Notes: a model not told the origin generated them from the letters alone. A DNA stretch of 60,483 nt, filler included, from Candidatus Woesearchaeota archaeon (GCA_046538795.1; 5 parts of 5 records of this genome joined end to end with filler, not necessarily neighbours in it), one strand, 5' to 3'; counted from the first letter of the whole stretch, positions 26,947 to 37,219 are shown. A program made the numbers and translations.

Positions 26947-29406
26947 ATGGAAATACCTTCTAACCTTACTCCGGCAATGAAGCAGTTCAAGGAAGCAAAA
27001 GAAAAATATCCAGATGCTATAATCTTTTTTAGGATGGGAGATTTCTACGAGACTTTCTACGATGATGCAAAGATAACTGCAAGAGAACTTGAGATAACCC
27101 TTACAAAGAGGGGCACAAAAGCAAAGATACCTCTTGCAGGGATTCCTTACCATGCACTTGACAATTATCTTCCAAGGCTTGTTAAAAAAGGTTACAAAGT
27201 TGCAATCTGTGAACAGATGGAAGACCCTAAACTTGCAAAAGGCGTTGTCAAAAGAGATATAATACGCGTCGTTACACCAGGGACGCTTACAGAATCCATA
27301 GATGAGAAGAACAATAATTTCATCATGTCAATAACCATAGATAAGGATATATATGGAATCTCTGTATCAGATATTTCTACCGGAGACTTTTTCACTACAG
27401 AGTTCAGGGAAAAACAACATGTTACAAATGAAGTTGCAAGATTCATGCCAAATGAGATAATAACTGATCTTGATCTTGAAAAAGACATATATGATGTATT
27501 CCAGATGGTAAAATCAAGATCCATATTTCTGCAAAAAAAAGATTTTTCATATAAAAGATCCTATGAAGCTCTGACCAGACATTTCAACACGATATCACTT
27601 GAAGGATTCGGGATCGAAAACAAGGATTCATCAATCATAGCATCAGGCGGTCTTCTCTTATATCTAATTGACATGCAGAAAACAGATCTCTCAAATATAA
27701 AGGCGATAAAAAGCTTTTCTCCTGAAAAATATATGATACTTGATTCATCAACACTGAGAAATCTTGAGATAACATCAAACATAATAGATGGAAGCGCAAA
27801 AAACACTCTTCTTGAAGCCATAGACAGCACAATTACTGCCATGGGCTCAAGACAGCTCAAGCAGTGGATAAAACGCCCTCTCATAGATATTGAAGAGATA
27901 AACAACAGGCTCTTTGCAGTAAGCATCCTGAAAAAAGATTCATTGGCAAGGGTCGAGATCATTGATTCCTTAAAAGATATTTATGACATTGAAAGACTAA
28001 TCTCAAGAATCTCATACGGCTCTGCAAATCCAAGAGATCTTATCTCTTTAAAGAACTCTCTTGAAACCATACCAAAACTAAAAAAGATACTTCATTCAAT
28101 AGAAAAAAACGATCTTCTGGAAAATATCTCGAACATGGATGAGATAAAAGAAGTGAACAGCCTTATAGAAAGATCTATCGCCAATGATCCGCCAATTTCA
28201 GTAAGAGACGGAGGTTTCATAAAAAAAGGATATGATGAGAAACTTGATGAACTTAGAAAGATAAAAGTTTCAGGCAAAGATTGGATACTTAAGATGGAAG
28301 AAGAAGAAAAAAAGGCTCTGGGCATAAATCTCAAGATAGGTTTCAACAAAGTGTTCGGCTATTACATAGAGATTTCAAAAAGAAATCTTGACAAGGTTCC
28401 GGAATCATATATAAGAAAACAGACAACAGCAAATTCAGAAAGATACATAACGCAAGACCTAAAAGAAAAAGAAGAGATGATACTTGGAGCTGACGAAAAA
28501 ATAAAAGAAATTGAGTTCAGGCTTTTCAGCGATGTAATAAGAACGATTTCTCAGGAAACAACAAGGCTACAGGAACTTTCAGCAAAGATTGCCTCTCTTG
28601 ACATATTAAACAGCATGGCAGGAGCAGCTTATGTGAACAACTATGTCATGCCTGAGATGTCAGATTCATTTGATATTGATATTGAAGACGGAAGGCATCC
28701 TGTGATTGAACAAAAGCAAAACCAGTTTATAGCAAATGACACAAAGCTAACTTTTGACAAGCGATCAATGATAATAACAGGACCAAACATGGCAGGAAAA
28801 AGCACTTATATGAGACAAGTGGCATGCATATGCCTTCTTGCACAGATAGGAAGCTTTGTCCCGGCAAAAAAAGCAAGATTGGGAATTATAGATCGCATAT
28901 TCACCCGTGTCGGGGCTTACGACAACCTTGTTATGGGACAGAGTACTTTTATGGTCGAGATGAACGAAACAGCAAATATACTTAACAATGCAACATCAAG
29001 ATCATTAGTAATACTTGATGAGATCGGACGTGGAACAAGCACATTTGACGGAGTAAGCATAGCATGGAGCGTAATTGAGTATATCACGACAAGGATAAAG
29101 TCAAAGACGCTCTTTGCAACACATTATCATGCACTTAATAAACTATCAAGAGAATTCAAGGAAGTTGCAAATTACAACATTGCAGTAAAAGAAAAAGATG
29201 ACGAGATAATATTCTTAAGAAAGATTGTTCAGGGAGGAACGAACAAAAGCTACGGAATACAGGTAGCAAGACTTGCAGGAATCCCTAATGAAGTGATAAA
29301 TCGTTCAAAAGATATCATGCGAAGTCTTGAAGAACAAGACGAGATGAAAAAACAGCTTTCAGGAAAAGACATGCAGCAGATGAATCTGTATGATGCGCTT
29401 AGATAA
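26947..29406 (+). CDS. mutS: DNA mismatch repair protein MutS (MutS1)
   Basis: FRMGDFYETF mismatch-binding motif, GPNMAGKST Walker A, STFMVEM, DEIGRGT, FATHYH and SYGIQVA motifs. Confidence 0.98.
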   Translation: MEIPSNLTPAMKQFKEAKEKYPDAIIFFRMGDFYETFYDDAKITARELEITLTKRGTKAKIPLAGIPYHALDNYLPRLVKKGYKVAICEQMEDPKLAKGVVKRDIIRVVTPGTLTESIDEKNNNFIMSITIDKDIYGISVSDISTGDFFTTEFREKQHVTNEVARFMPNEIITDLDLEKDIYDVFQMVKSRSIFLQKKDFSYKRSYEALTRHFNTISLEGFGIENKDSSIIASGGLLLYLIDMQKTDLSNIKAIKSFSPEKYMILDSSTLRNLEITSNIIDGSAKNTLLEAIDSTITAMGSRQLKQWIKRPLIDIEEINNRLFAVSILKKDSLARVEIIDSLKDIYDIERLISRISYGSANPRDLISLKNSLETIPKLKKILHSIEKNDLLENISNMDEIKEVNSLIERSIANDPPISVRDGGFIKKGYDEKLDELRKIKVSGKDWILKMEEEEKKALGINLKIGFNKVFGYYIEISKRNLDKVPESYIRKQTTANSERYITQDLKEKEEMILGADEKIKEIEFRLFSDVIRTISQETTRLQELSAKIASLDILNSMAGAAYVNNYVMPEMSDSFDIDIEDGRHPVIEQKQNQFIANDTKLTFDKRSMIITGPNMAGKSTYMRQVACICLLAQIGSFVPAKKARLGIIDRIFTRVGAYDNLVMGQSTFMVEMNETANILNNATSRSLVILDEIGRGTSTFDGVSIAWSVIEYITTRIKSKTLFATHYHALNKLSREFKEVANYNIAVKEKDDEIIFLRKIVQGGTNKSYGIQVARLAGIPNEVINRSKDIMRSLEEQDEMKKQLSGKDMQQMNLYDALR

Positions 29407-29460
29407 TATTATAATACAAAGTCGAAACATTAATATATAACCGATCCAACCCTGTTGAAG

Positions 29461-29850
29461 ATGAAAACAGTTCTTATTGTTGAGGATGAGGAAAATATCG
29501 CTGAAGCAGAAAAGATGATCTTAGAAGATGTATTTACTGTTCATGTAGCAAATGACGGCGAAGAAGGATTAAGGCTTGCAAAAGAGGTTAAACCTGATGT
29601 TATCGTCCTTGATCTGATGCTCCCAAAGGTTGACGGGCTTGATGTCTGCAAACAGATAAAAGCTATTCCAGAACTTTCTGCAACAAAGGTTGTCATGGTT
29701 ACAGCAAAAAACCAGCAAATTGACGAAGAAGAAGGTCTTGATGTGGGAGCTGATGATTATATAATGAAGCCTTTTGAGCCTATCGAGCTTGTGCATGTAA
29801 TAACCCAGGTGCTTGAAAAAGAGATCAGGGAAGCAGAAAAAAGTGAATAA
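29461..29850 (+). CDS. Stand-alone response regulator receiver (CheY-like)
   Basis: VEDE, LDLMLP (phospho-Asp), TAK and DYIMKPF motifs; no output domain. Confidence 0.93.
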   Translation: MKTVLIVEDEENIAEAEKMILEDVFTVHVANDGEEGLRLAKEVKPDVIVLDLMLPKVDGLDVCKQIKAIPELSATKVVMVTAKNQQIDEEEGLDVGADDYIMKPFEPIELVHVITQVLEKEIREAEKSE

Positions 29851-29900
29851 TCTAATAAAAATCTCTTTGTATTAAAATAATCAAATCATGAAGCTGTCTT

Positions 29901-31388
29901 ATGATGATATTTTCTACAATCGTTAATATATACCATGCAATAAACAATTTTCTTTCCACACCAGGAGGCGACCTTGCTAAACGAACTCTTGAATTCGTAC
30001 TTCTGTTTTTTATGACATACATGGCCTATTCTGAACTTTATAGAGAAAAGGCAGGAAAACAAATACAATATATGGCAACAGGTTTTTTCATCCTGACACT
30101 TGAGCGCCTTTTACTTATAATATCTTATGCCTCAGTAGTGTTCGGAAAAATAAATCCCGTGAGCATTCTCCCCATATCATATACTCTTTCAGAAGCAGGT
30201 GAATCACTGGGACTCATATTTATAACAGCATCTTTCATCTATCCTTTGTTTTGGAAAAACAGGAAAAATTTCAGGGGAATAGTCAAAAAAGAGACCCTTC
30301 TTCTGATTGCAATATTTATACTCACACAGGGTTTTGTACTTCTAGGAAGAGGGGTTGCGATGCCTCCATATCTTGTTACATCCTATTTTTATTTCACATT
30401 ATTCAAGCTTGGGATCCTTGTGCTTTCCATATTCATACTATGGAAAAATAACGAAATACTTGGAAAATACAACAGAAATGTTGTTGTCGCTTTCATGATA
30501 TATACTGTAACTCCCATGATAACACTGATAAATTTTATATTCTACAACAACAACAACCAATACCTGTATGTTCTTGCACATCCTTTTCCGTTCATATCTA
30601 TCCTGCTTTTATTAAGAGTCACTTATCTGAAACTTGCAGATAAAGGAACATTGAAGCACGATCTTGAGATCGCAAGACAAAGATATGACCACGAGCGCGC
30701 AGTAGGAAAGATGAAAGATGACTTTGTAAGCACAGTGAGCCATGAATTAAGGACTCCTCTTACTTCTATGAAGCTATATCTGTCTCTTCTTAAGCAAGGA
30801 CAGTTCGGAAAACTCAACAAACAGCAAATAGAAAAGATTGATCTTGTAAGAAACGAAACCTCAAGACTTACTGATCTTATAAACGACATTCTTGATCTCT
30901 CAAGGCTTGAAAAAGGAAAATCAAAAATACATATAAAAGAAACAAATTTCAGAAAACTCGTCGAAAAAAGCATAATGCCTAATCTTTCTGATGAAAAAAA
31001 CATCATTGTCAAAAACAACATTCCTGAAGATATTTTTGTCAACCTTGATGAAAACAAGATGAAACAGGTAATAGTAAACCTTTTTTCAAATGCAGTTAAA
31101 TTCACAGAACCCGGAGGGCAAATATTATTCAGCGCCAAAAAAGATGAGAAAGGTTTTTCATTCTCTGTGAAAGATACAGGAAGGGGGATACCTGAAGAAA
31201 AGATACCTAAGCTTTTCAACAAGTTTTACCAAGTAGAAGAACACATGACAAGGGAGATTCAAGGAACAGGCCTGGGCCTTGCTATAGTAAAACAGATAGT
31301 CAACATGCATCAGGGAACAATAAAGGTATTTTCTGAAGTGGGAAAAGGGACAAGGTTTACCATAAGGATACCAAAAGCAGCATACTAA
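29901..31388 (+). CDS. Membrane sensor histidine kinase with multi-TM input domain
   Basis: About 7 TM helices followed by SHELRTPLT (H box), NLFSNAVKFT (N box), DTGRGI (G1) and GTGLGL (G2). Confidence 0.95.
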   Translation: MMIFSTIVNIYHAINNFLSTPGGDLAKRTLEFVLLFFMTYMAYSELYREKAGKQIQYMATGFFILTLERLLLIISYASVVFGKINPVSILPISYTLSEAGESLGLIFITASFIYPLFWKNRKNFRGIVKKETLLLIAIFILTQGFVLLGRGVAMPPYLVTSYFYFTLFKLGILVLSIFILWKNNEILGKYNRNVVVAFMIYTVTPMITLINFIFYNNNNQYLYVLAHPFPFISILLLLRVTYLKLADKGTLKHDLEIARQRYDHERAVGKMKDDFVSTVSHELRTPLTSMKLYLSLLKQGQFGKLNKQQIEKIDLVRNETSRLTDLINDILDLSRLEKGKSKIHIKETNFRKLVEKSIMPNLSDEKNIIVKNNIPEDIFVNLDENKMKQVIVNLFSNAVKFTEPGGQILFSAKKDEKGFSFSVKDTGRGIPEEKIPKLFNKFYQVEEHMTREIQGTGLGLAIVKQIVNMHQGTIKVFSEVGKGTRFTIRIPKAAY

Positions 31389-31396
31389 ATAAATTG

Positions 31397-32836
31397 TCAA
31401 ATAAGGTAATCATCACAGACTCCTTTGAAAACCTGGTGAGGAAGAACTATCCTGCCATCTCCGTATCGTTTCTGATCCCTAAAAGAATCTTTTTTATTCT
31501 CAGGAATGTATCCTGAAACAACATCTAAAAAATCATCATCAAGGTTTTCACATCTTACACCTGTCCAGTCAAATAGTTCAAAGTTCATGCCATTGTTTTG
31601 CCCTGAAAAATCCATAAGATATCTTATGTTTTTAGGTATGTCTGAACCAGCCTCATAAGATGATAAGAAATCTATCGGCTTTTTTTTAGAAATCACAATC
31701 TCATTATGTTTTCCATGATCAATATCCATCGCAGGAATATTATTATAGATTCCTTTGCCCGAAACACGCTTTTCATATTCTGTGAAACGTTTTCCTGAAA
31801 TAAAATCACAAACCAGTTCCATATCAGAACCTGTCTGCCTGAAATAATCCTCATAATCATGACTTAAGTTTTCAAAGAGGGTTTCATAATCCAGACAAAA
31901 GTCATTGTTTTTCCCGAGAACAGGTATGTCCATCCTCGGATTCTTTGGATTATGAGGATCAAAAAATCTTGGATAAAAATTCATGACTTCATCCTCATAC
32001 GGATCAAGTACAATTGAATCATGCTTTGAACGCATATATCTCATCAATCCAGAATAAAGAACAGAAAAATCTTCTGAAAATAAACGAGGATCATCCATAC
32101 AAAAGCAGTCAATCTCAGTACTAAGTCCCAATAAGATTCCGAACATCCAGGACATTCCGGCTCTCATCTGATCCTTGTCAGAAAAATAATCAATATCAAA
32201 TTCCATCCTCCTGCTTGATTTCCTAAGCCTGAAATATTCAAATAAATCTTCCTCGCAAAAAGACACACAGCTTTGTTTTGTTTTTGATCCCATCTGTCGT
32301 GGAGTATTGTTTCCTGATGCAAAGAGATATGATCCTAAAGACAAGACAAAAGGTTTTGAGAACAAATGCAAAAGATTCTGATAATTCTTTATGACATGGT
32401 CAAGCATTACTTCTGAACAGGATCCATCAAATTCTACCAAAGAATCATAATTATCATATATAAGTTCAGACGGAGGAAGAAATTCAAAATTAAAATGTAT
32501 GCTGTGGCCAGATACATAATGCTTTTTTCCTGTTAGCAAAGAGATATCCTGGTTTGCTATAAGAGCTGCTGATTCTAAAGCCATAAGATCTTCCATAACA
32601 GGATCTACAAAAAGCTCATCTCGTGGATAAGAATTAAATTCCATAAGTTCAGAATTTTCTCTGTAAAACCTGAACTGCTCTGTCCATAACTCTCCTGCTA
32701 TCCTATCATATATGCTATCGTTAAACTGTCTGCTTAAGGAAGATATCATATCTTCTAAAACAGGACCATGTGTTTTAGGATGATTTTCAGGATAATATCT
32801 GACTTCAAGTTCCAGGCCTGTTCCTGACAACACCAT
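31397..32836 (-). CDS. Divergent glutamine-synthetase-fold carboxylate-amine ligase-like protein (PafA/Dop/GCS-like)
   Basis: N-terminal GLELEV (GxExE), then RFYRE...MEFNS, SGHSIHFNF and RLRK...RRMEFDID in the order expected for the fold. Start reset to ATG 32836. Confidence 0.5.
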   Translation of the reverse strand: MVLSGTGLELEVRYYPENHPKTHGPVLEDMISSLSRQFNDSIYDRIAGELWTEQFRFYRENSELMEFNSYPRDELFVDPVMEDLMALESAALIANQDISLLTGKKHYVSGHSIHFNFEFLPPSELIYDNYDSLVEFDGSCSEVMLDHVIKNYQNLLHLFSKPFVLSLGSYLFASGNNTPRQMGSKTKQSCVSFCEEDLFEYFRLRKSSRRMEFDIDYFSDKDQMRAGMSWMFGILLGLSTEIDCFCMDDPRLFSEDFSVLYSGLMRYMRSKHDSIVLDPYEDEVMNFYPRFFDPHNPKNPRMDIPVLGKNNDFCLDYETLFENLSHDYEDYFRQTGSDMELVCDFISGKRFTEYEKRVSGKGIYNNIPAMDIDHGKHNEIVISKKKPIDFLSSYEAGSDIPKNIRYLMDFSGQNNGMNFELFDWTGVRCENLDDDFLDVVSGYIPENKKDSFRDQKRYGDGRIVLPHQVFKGVCDDYLI

Positions 32837-32920
32837 ATCGACGGGCAGAACAGAATTCTTTTTAAATATTTTGAAAAAATCCAGGCAAAAACAAAACATC
32901 CTGCCCTTTTACAGCAAAAA

Positions 32921-32928
32921 TTTATAAA
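32921..32928 (+). promoter_or_regulatory. TATA box with purine-rich BRE upstream of mutL
   Basis: GCAAAAA-TTTATAAA about 35 nt before ATG 32963. Confidence 0.5.
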
Positions 32929-32962
32929 TGACCTTCTCAACCTCGAAAATCAGAGGGGAAAT

Positions 32963-34888
32963 ATGGCAATAAAAGTTCTTGATCAGGAATTGGTCCAGCA
33001 GATAGCAGCAGGAGAAGTAGTAGAAGATCCAGGCTCAGTTATCAAAGAGCTTGTCGAAAACTCTATAGATGCAAATGCGGCAAAGATATTCATTGAACTA
33101 GAAGATGGAGGAAAGAGCCTCATACGGGTTAGTGATGACGGTGTAGGCATGAATCCAAAAGATGCAATTCTTGCAACAAAAAGGCATGCAACGTCAAAGA
33201 TTACATCAATGGATGATCTTTTCAATATACATAGCCTGGGATTCAGGGGAGAAGCGCTTGCATCGATTTCTTCAGTCTCACAATTTGAGCTTATTACAAA
33301 AACAGAAGAGGAAGAAGAAGGAATAAGGATAAAGATAGAAGGGGGAGGAAAAGAAGCAATAGACAAAGTTGCTGCAACAAAGGGAACCACAATAATAGCA
33401 AAAGATCTTTTCTTTAATACACCTGCAAGAAGAAAGCACCTGAGAAATTCTTCAGCAGAACTTTCAAAAGTCATAGATATAATAACCAGATATGCTGTGT
33501 CAAACCCTCTTATCTATTTCAGGGTTGATCATAATGGAAAAACAATACTTAATTCTCCCAACACTGCATCGCTTCTCAACAACATTGTAGATATATATGG
33601 AAAAGATATCGCAAAAGAGCTTCTTGAGGTTGACTATGATGATCAGGAATATGGCATAAGAGGATTCATATCAAAGCCTGTGATATCAAGGGCTGACAAG
33701 AACAATGTTTCTGTATTTGTAAACAGAAGATATGTGAAGAATAAGGTGATAACCGATGCCATATATGATGCATACCACACTCTCATGCATGAGAACAGGT
33801 ATCCTTTTGCAGTCCTTATGATTTCGGTTGATTCACACATGCTTGATGTGAATATACACCCTGCAAAGACCAAGATAAAAATTGAAAAGGAAAGCAGGCT
33901 CTATGAGATAATTTTTGATGTGGTAAGAAAAACTCTTCAGGGAAATAATCTCATACCAAATTCAGATACATCTCACAATATTAAAGTACCTAAACAGACC
34001 ACATTTTCTTCAGAAAAAACGTCATCTGTTTTGGAAAAAGATGATGCAGCAACAGAAAATTATCCAGAAATGTCTCAAGAAAATACAGTCATAAAAGAGC
34101 CTGTCAGAAAATATGCTGTTGAAGAGACAAAACAAGAATCATTAAATGATATTTCGAAAAAGGCAAGCGAAGCCACATTTTCAAGAGGAGATGTGGATGA
34201 AATCAAACTTAAGAGCAAAGAAGAGATTGAAGCAGGCACTGAAAAGACAATCGATAATAACGCTCAAAATGAAGATTCATCAAGGATGCCTGAAAAGCAC
34301 GGAATAAAGTTCTTTGTATTAGGGCAGTTATATAAAACATATATACTGGCAGAGACAAAAGAAGGACTTATGCTTATCGACCAGCACGCTGCACATGAAA
34401 GAATAATCTATGAACGCCTTATGAATGATTATACTGAGAATAACACTATAAAAAAACAGAGTCTTCTCAAACCAATAAATATAGATCTCAACCCAAAAGA
34501 CAAAGCAGTTATCGAGCAAAAAAAAAATATCATCAGCGATCTTGGATTTGATTTTGAAGAATTCGGATCAGGATCATATGTATTAAGAACAATACCGGTA
34601 GTTATCGGAAAACAGCAGGAAAAATCCATACTTTTGGATGTGCTTGACGACCTTATATCATTCAACAAGACAAAAAGCATAGATTCAGTAAAAGAAAAGA
34701 TATTATCCACAGTCGCATGCAGAAGCGCTATAAAAGCAGGGGATTCGCTTACAATAGACAGGATGAACTCTCTTATTGATGAATTGTTTTCCTGTGATTT
34801 TGGATCAAGTTGCCCTCACGGAAGACCGACTGTGATAAACATAACCATAGAAGAGCTTGAAAAAAGATTCAAGAGAACAGGGTTTTAG
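32963..34888 (+). CDS. mutL: DNA mismatch repair endonuclease MutL
   Basis: IAAGEVVE, ELVENSIDA and GFRGEAL motifs; C-terminal endonuclease motifs DQHAAHERIIYE, ACR and CPHGRP. Confidence 0.98.
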   Translation: MAIKVLDQELVQQIAAGEVVEDPGSVIKELVENSIDANAAKIFIELEDGGKSLIRVSDDGVGMNPKDAILATKRHATSKITSMDDLFNIHSLGFRGEALASISSVSQFELITKTEEEEEGIRIKIEGGGKEAIDKVAATKGTTIIAKDLFFNTPARRKHLRNSSAELSKVIDIITRYAVSNPLIYFRVDHNGKTILNSPNTASLLNNIVDIYGKDIAKELLEVDYDDQEYGIRGFISKPVISRADKNNVSVFVNRRYVKNKVITDAIYDAYHTLMHENRYPFAVLMISVDSHMLDVNIHPAKTKIKIEKESRLYEIIFDVVRKTLQGNNLIPNSDTSHNIKVPKQTTFSSEKTSSVLEKDDAATENYPEMSQENTVIKEPVRKYAVEETKQESLNDISKKASEATFSRGDVDEIKLKSKEEIEAGTEKTIDNNAQNEDSSRMPEKHGIKFFVLGQLYKTYILAETKEGLMLIDQHAAHERIIYERLMNDYTENNTIKKQSLLKPINIDLNPKDKAVIEQKKNIISDLGFDFEEFGSGSYVLRTIPVVIGKQQEKSILLDVLDDLISFNKTKSIDSVKEKILSTVACRSAIKAGDSLTIDRMNSLIDELFSCDFGSSCPHGRPTVINITIEELEKRFKRTGF

Positions 34889-34912
34889 GAATTTTTGTTT
34901 TACAAAAAATCC
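34888..34912 (+). terminator. Inverted repeat immediately after the mutL stop
   Basis: GGAATTTTTGT-TTT-ACAAAAAATCC (11-bp arms with one mismatch). Confidence 0.35.
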
Positions 34913-35026
34913 AAATCCAACAATTTCTCAATATTTATTCAGAAGATATATTTGCATATTTCAACAACTATTTTTAAGCATCTTTAAAGACATCATTTAA
35001 AAATAATATTAAAAAAAGATTATTCT

Positions 35027-35530
35027 ATGAAAAAGAAAATAGTTGTAAATGATCTGATGCAAAAAAAATATGTTTATTACCTTACTGAACCAATAGGAAA
35101 CAACTTTGATCCTGAGTTCAAGCCAGAATTAACACCAAAAGAGATGTTAAAATTAGGAATATTCGGTGGAAAATACATGACTGACTGTAAAAAAGAATTT
35201 CCTAAAGACTGGTTTAAGGATGCAAAATTATGCCATGAATTCCATGATCAAAAGCTTAACTATTTTGAGATAAATGCATCCCAAAAATTATCTGTCTGGA
35301 GAAAAAAGGGCTGGATATATCACGAGGATCCAAGAGGATGGTTCCAGTGGTATTGCAGGTATTATAGGGGAAGGCGATCTTCTGATGATCAAAGGCAGAT
35401 AAAGAGGTGGAAAGCAATTAAAAGGCATATTGCACAGATAAGAAATCACTGTGCAAAAAAAGATCTGTCCTGCAGGAGAAAACAAAGACAGGCTGTGCTT
35501 CACTGGGCTTATGACTCAAGAAAAATATAA
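35027..35530 (+). CDS. Conserved Trp/Arg-rich basic hypothetical protein
   Basis: FKPELTPKEMLKLGIFGGKY, DPRGWFQWYCRYYRGRR and RQAVLHWAYD look like a widespread uncharacterised family. Confidence 0.8.
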   Translation: MKKKIVVNDLMQKKYVYYLTEPIGNNFDPEFKPELTPKEMLKLGIFGGKYMTDCKKEFPKDWFKDAKLCHEFHDQKLNYFEINASQKLSVWRKKGWIYHEDPRGWFQWYCRYYRGRRSSDDQRQIKRWKAIKRHIAQIRNHCAKKDLSCRRKQRQAVLHWAYDSRKI

Positions 35531-35544
35531 TAAGCCAGTAAAAA

Positions 35545-36915
35545 TCAATCCAAAAGCGCATAATGCTCTCTAAAATAGTTCATTATTTGAGGATAATTAT
35601 TTATCTTGTCGATCTCAAAAGAATATTTTTTTCTTAATTTTAATGCATCTTTTATTGAAAGTCCAGAATCTGTTTCATAATCAATCACAGGATCAAGCAC
35701 AGTGCGCTTTGTTTCTTTTAATATCTTCACTCCATATTTTTCATGATTATTGTAAACATCGCTTCCTTTTTGCAATCCAAACATGGAAACAGAAACCAGA
35801 TCAATAGATTCATTATTTTTCTTAAGGAAATTTATTGTTTCAAGAAGTTCTTCTTTTGTCTCTTTAGGAAACCCAAATATTATGTATGCAATATTTTTTA
35901 TTCCAGCATCATGTGAATCATGTAAAACTTTAGCGATATCTTTTTTGTTTGTTCCTTTCTGCATTAATCTCAACAGTCTATCATTTCCAGACTCAACACC
36001 CCATAGTATTGTCTTTAGTCCGCTTTCATGCAGAACAGATAATGTTTTTTTATCAAGGTCTTTTGTAGGCCTTAACTGGCACATCCAGCTCACATTTAAT
36101 GGTTTTATGATCTGTGCAATCTCAAGAAGACGTTTTTTATGTATCATGTCATCTATGAAAAAAAAGTGCTTCTCTTTTGAATCGACAATCGTCTTTTTTA
36201 TGTTTTCAAGAGAATATTCAAAATAGCTGCAATCCTTGTCATGGTGTGTGCAAAATGCACATTTTTTATAATAGCATGTAGAAGATGATTTTATAGGAAT
36301 AACTAGTTCAGGAGTAAAATAATCAGTTTTGTCATATATTGAAAAATCTATTGAGTTATTGAAGTTAATTTTGTCATGATCCTGTTTATTTCCTATGACA
36401 AGATCAAGAAGCTCAAGTTCATTATTCAACGAATAATCTGCAATTTCCCTTATTTTCTGATTGACTGAAGGACCTCCGACAACTGTTTTTATTCCAAGTT
36501 TTTTTAGTTCTTTGATAAGAGAATAAGCATAGAAGCATTGACTTGAATATACAAGGCTAAAAGCACAGTAATCAGGTTTTCTCTCCAATATTGAATTTAT
36601 AATTTCTGAAAATAATTCAGGTTTCCTGCCATTTACAATATCACGATTATTTTTGCTATATATTTGCGAACTGGTTTTTTGAAAATCAGAAGAAATTAGT
36701 TCATATTCTTTCATGTCAAGATTGCTTGTGAAATTTCTAAAATATTTTTTCTGTTCAGGAAACTTCATATTATGGAATAAAACATTAAGATCAAGCACAG
36801 AAACAGAATCATCTTTAGAGATATTAATTTTAATAAACGCATATATATGAGTAATTGAAAAAGGCGGAGTAACAGGAGTACAAAAAGGAGGGTACAATAA
36901 TAAAGTCCTTGTCAT
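35545..36915 (-). CDS. B12-binding-domain radical SAM protein
   Basis: LLLYPP, DLN, VGGP, CYYKKCAFC cluster motif, WGVESG...KG and IFGFPKET motifs. Confidence 0.88.
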   Translation of the reverse strand: MTRTLLLYPPFCTPVTPPFSITHIYAFIKINISKDDSVSVLDLNVLFHNMKFPEQKKYFRNFTSNLDMKEYELISSDFQKTSSQIYSKNNRDIVNGRKPELFSEIINSILERKPDYCAFSLVYSSQCFYAYSLIKELKKLGIKTVVGGPSVNQKIREIADYSLNNELELLDLVIGNKQDHDKINFNNSIDFSIYDKTDYFTPELVIPIKSSSTCYYKKCAFCTHHDKDCSYFEYSLENIKKTIVDSKEKHFFFIDDMIHKKRLLEIAQIIKPLNVSWMCQLRPTKDLDKKTLSVLHESGLKTILWGVESGNDRLLRLMQKGTNKKDIAKVLHDSHDAGIKNIAYIIFGFPKETKEELLETINFLKKNNESIDLVSVSMFGLQKGSDVYNNHEKYGVKILKETKRTVLDPVIDYETDSGLSIKDALKLRKKYSFEIDKINNYPQIMNYFREHYALLD

Positions 36916-36946
36916 GTCCTAAAAAGTTAGGTTTCTTTTTATAAAA

Positions 36947-37165
36947 CTATTTTTTCTTTGTAAACAACTTTATCCAAATAGGAATCGCCAAAAGTATTGC
37001 AACAAAAAACATAGTCCATCCAAATGTATTCCACCTGTTCCAGGAAATGTTTGCTGCAAGAACAATTCCAAGACCAAGACCTGCAAGACCTTTTGCAAAA
37101 AATGCTAAGAACAAATATTTATCAGGAAGCTTTTTTGCCTTTTTAACAATATCAAATGAAAGCAT
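36947..37165 (-). CDS. Small two-TM membrane protein
   Basis: 72-aa hydrophobic ORF with a strong GAGGTGAT SD upstream. Confidence 0.75.
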   Translation of the reverse strand: MLSFDIVKKAKKLPDKYLFLAFFAKGLAGLGLGIVLAANISWNRWNTFGWTMFFVAILLAIPIWIKLFTKKK

Positions 37166-37219
37166 ATGATCACCTCATGCCTATTATTGGAATAAATGAT
37201 ATTTAAAATTATTCAAAAA

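Noticed and set aside
29901..30650. 7-TM kinase input as a rhodopsin
   Set aside because: No retinal-binding Lys motif (DxxxK) within the last helix.
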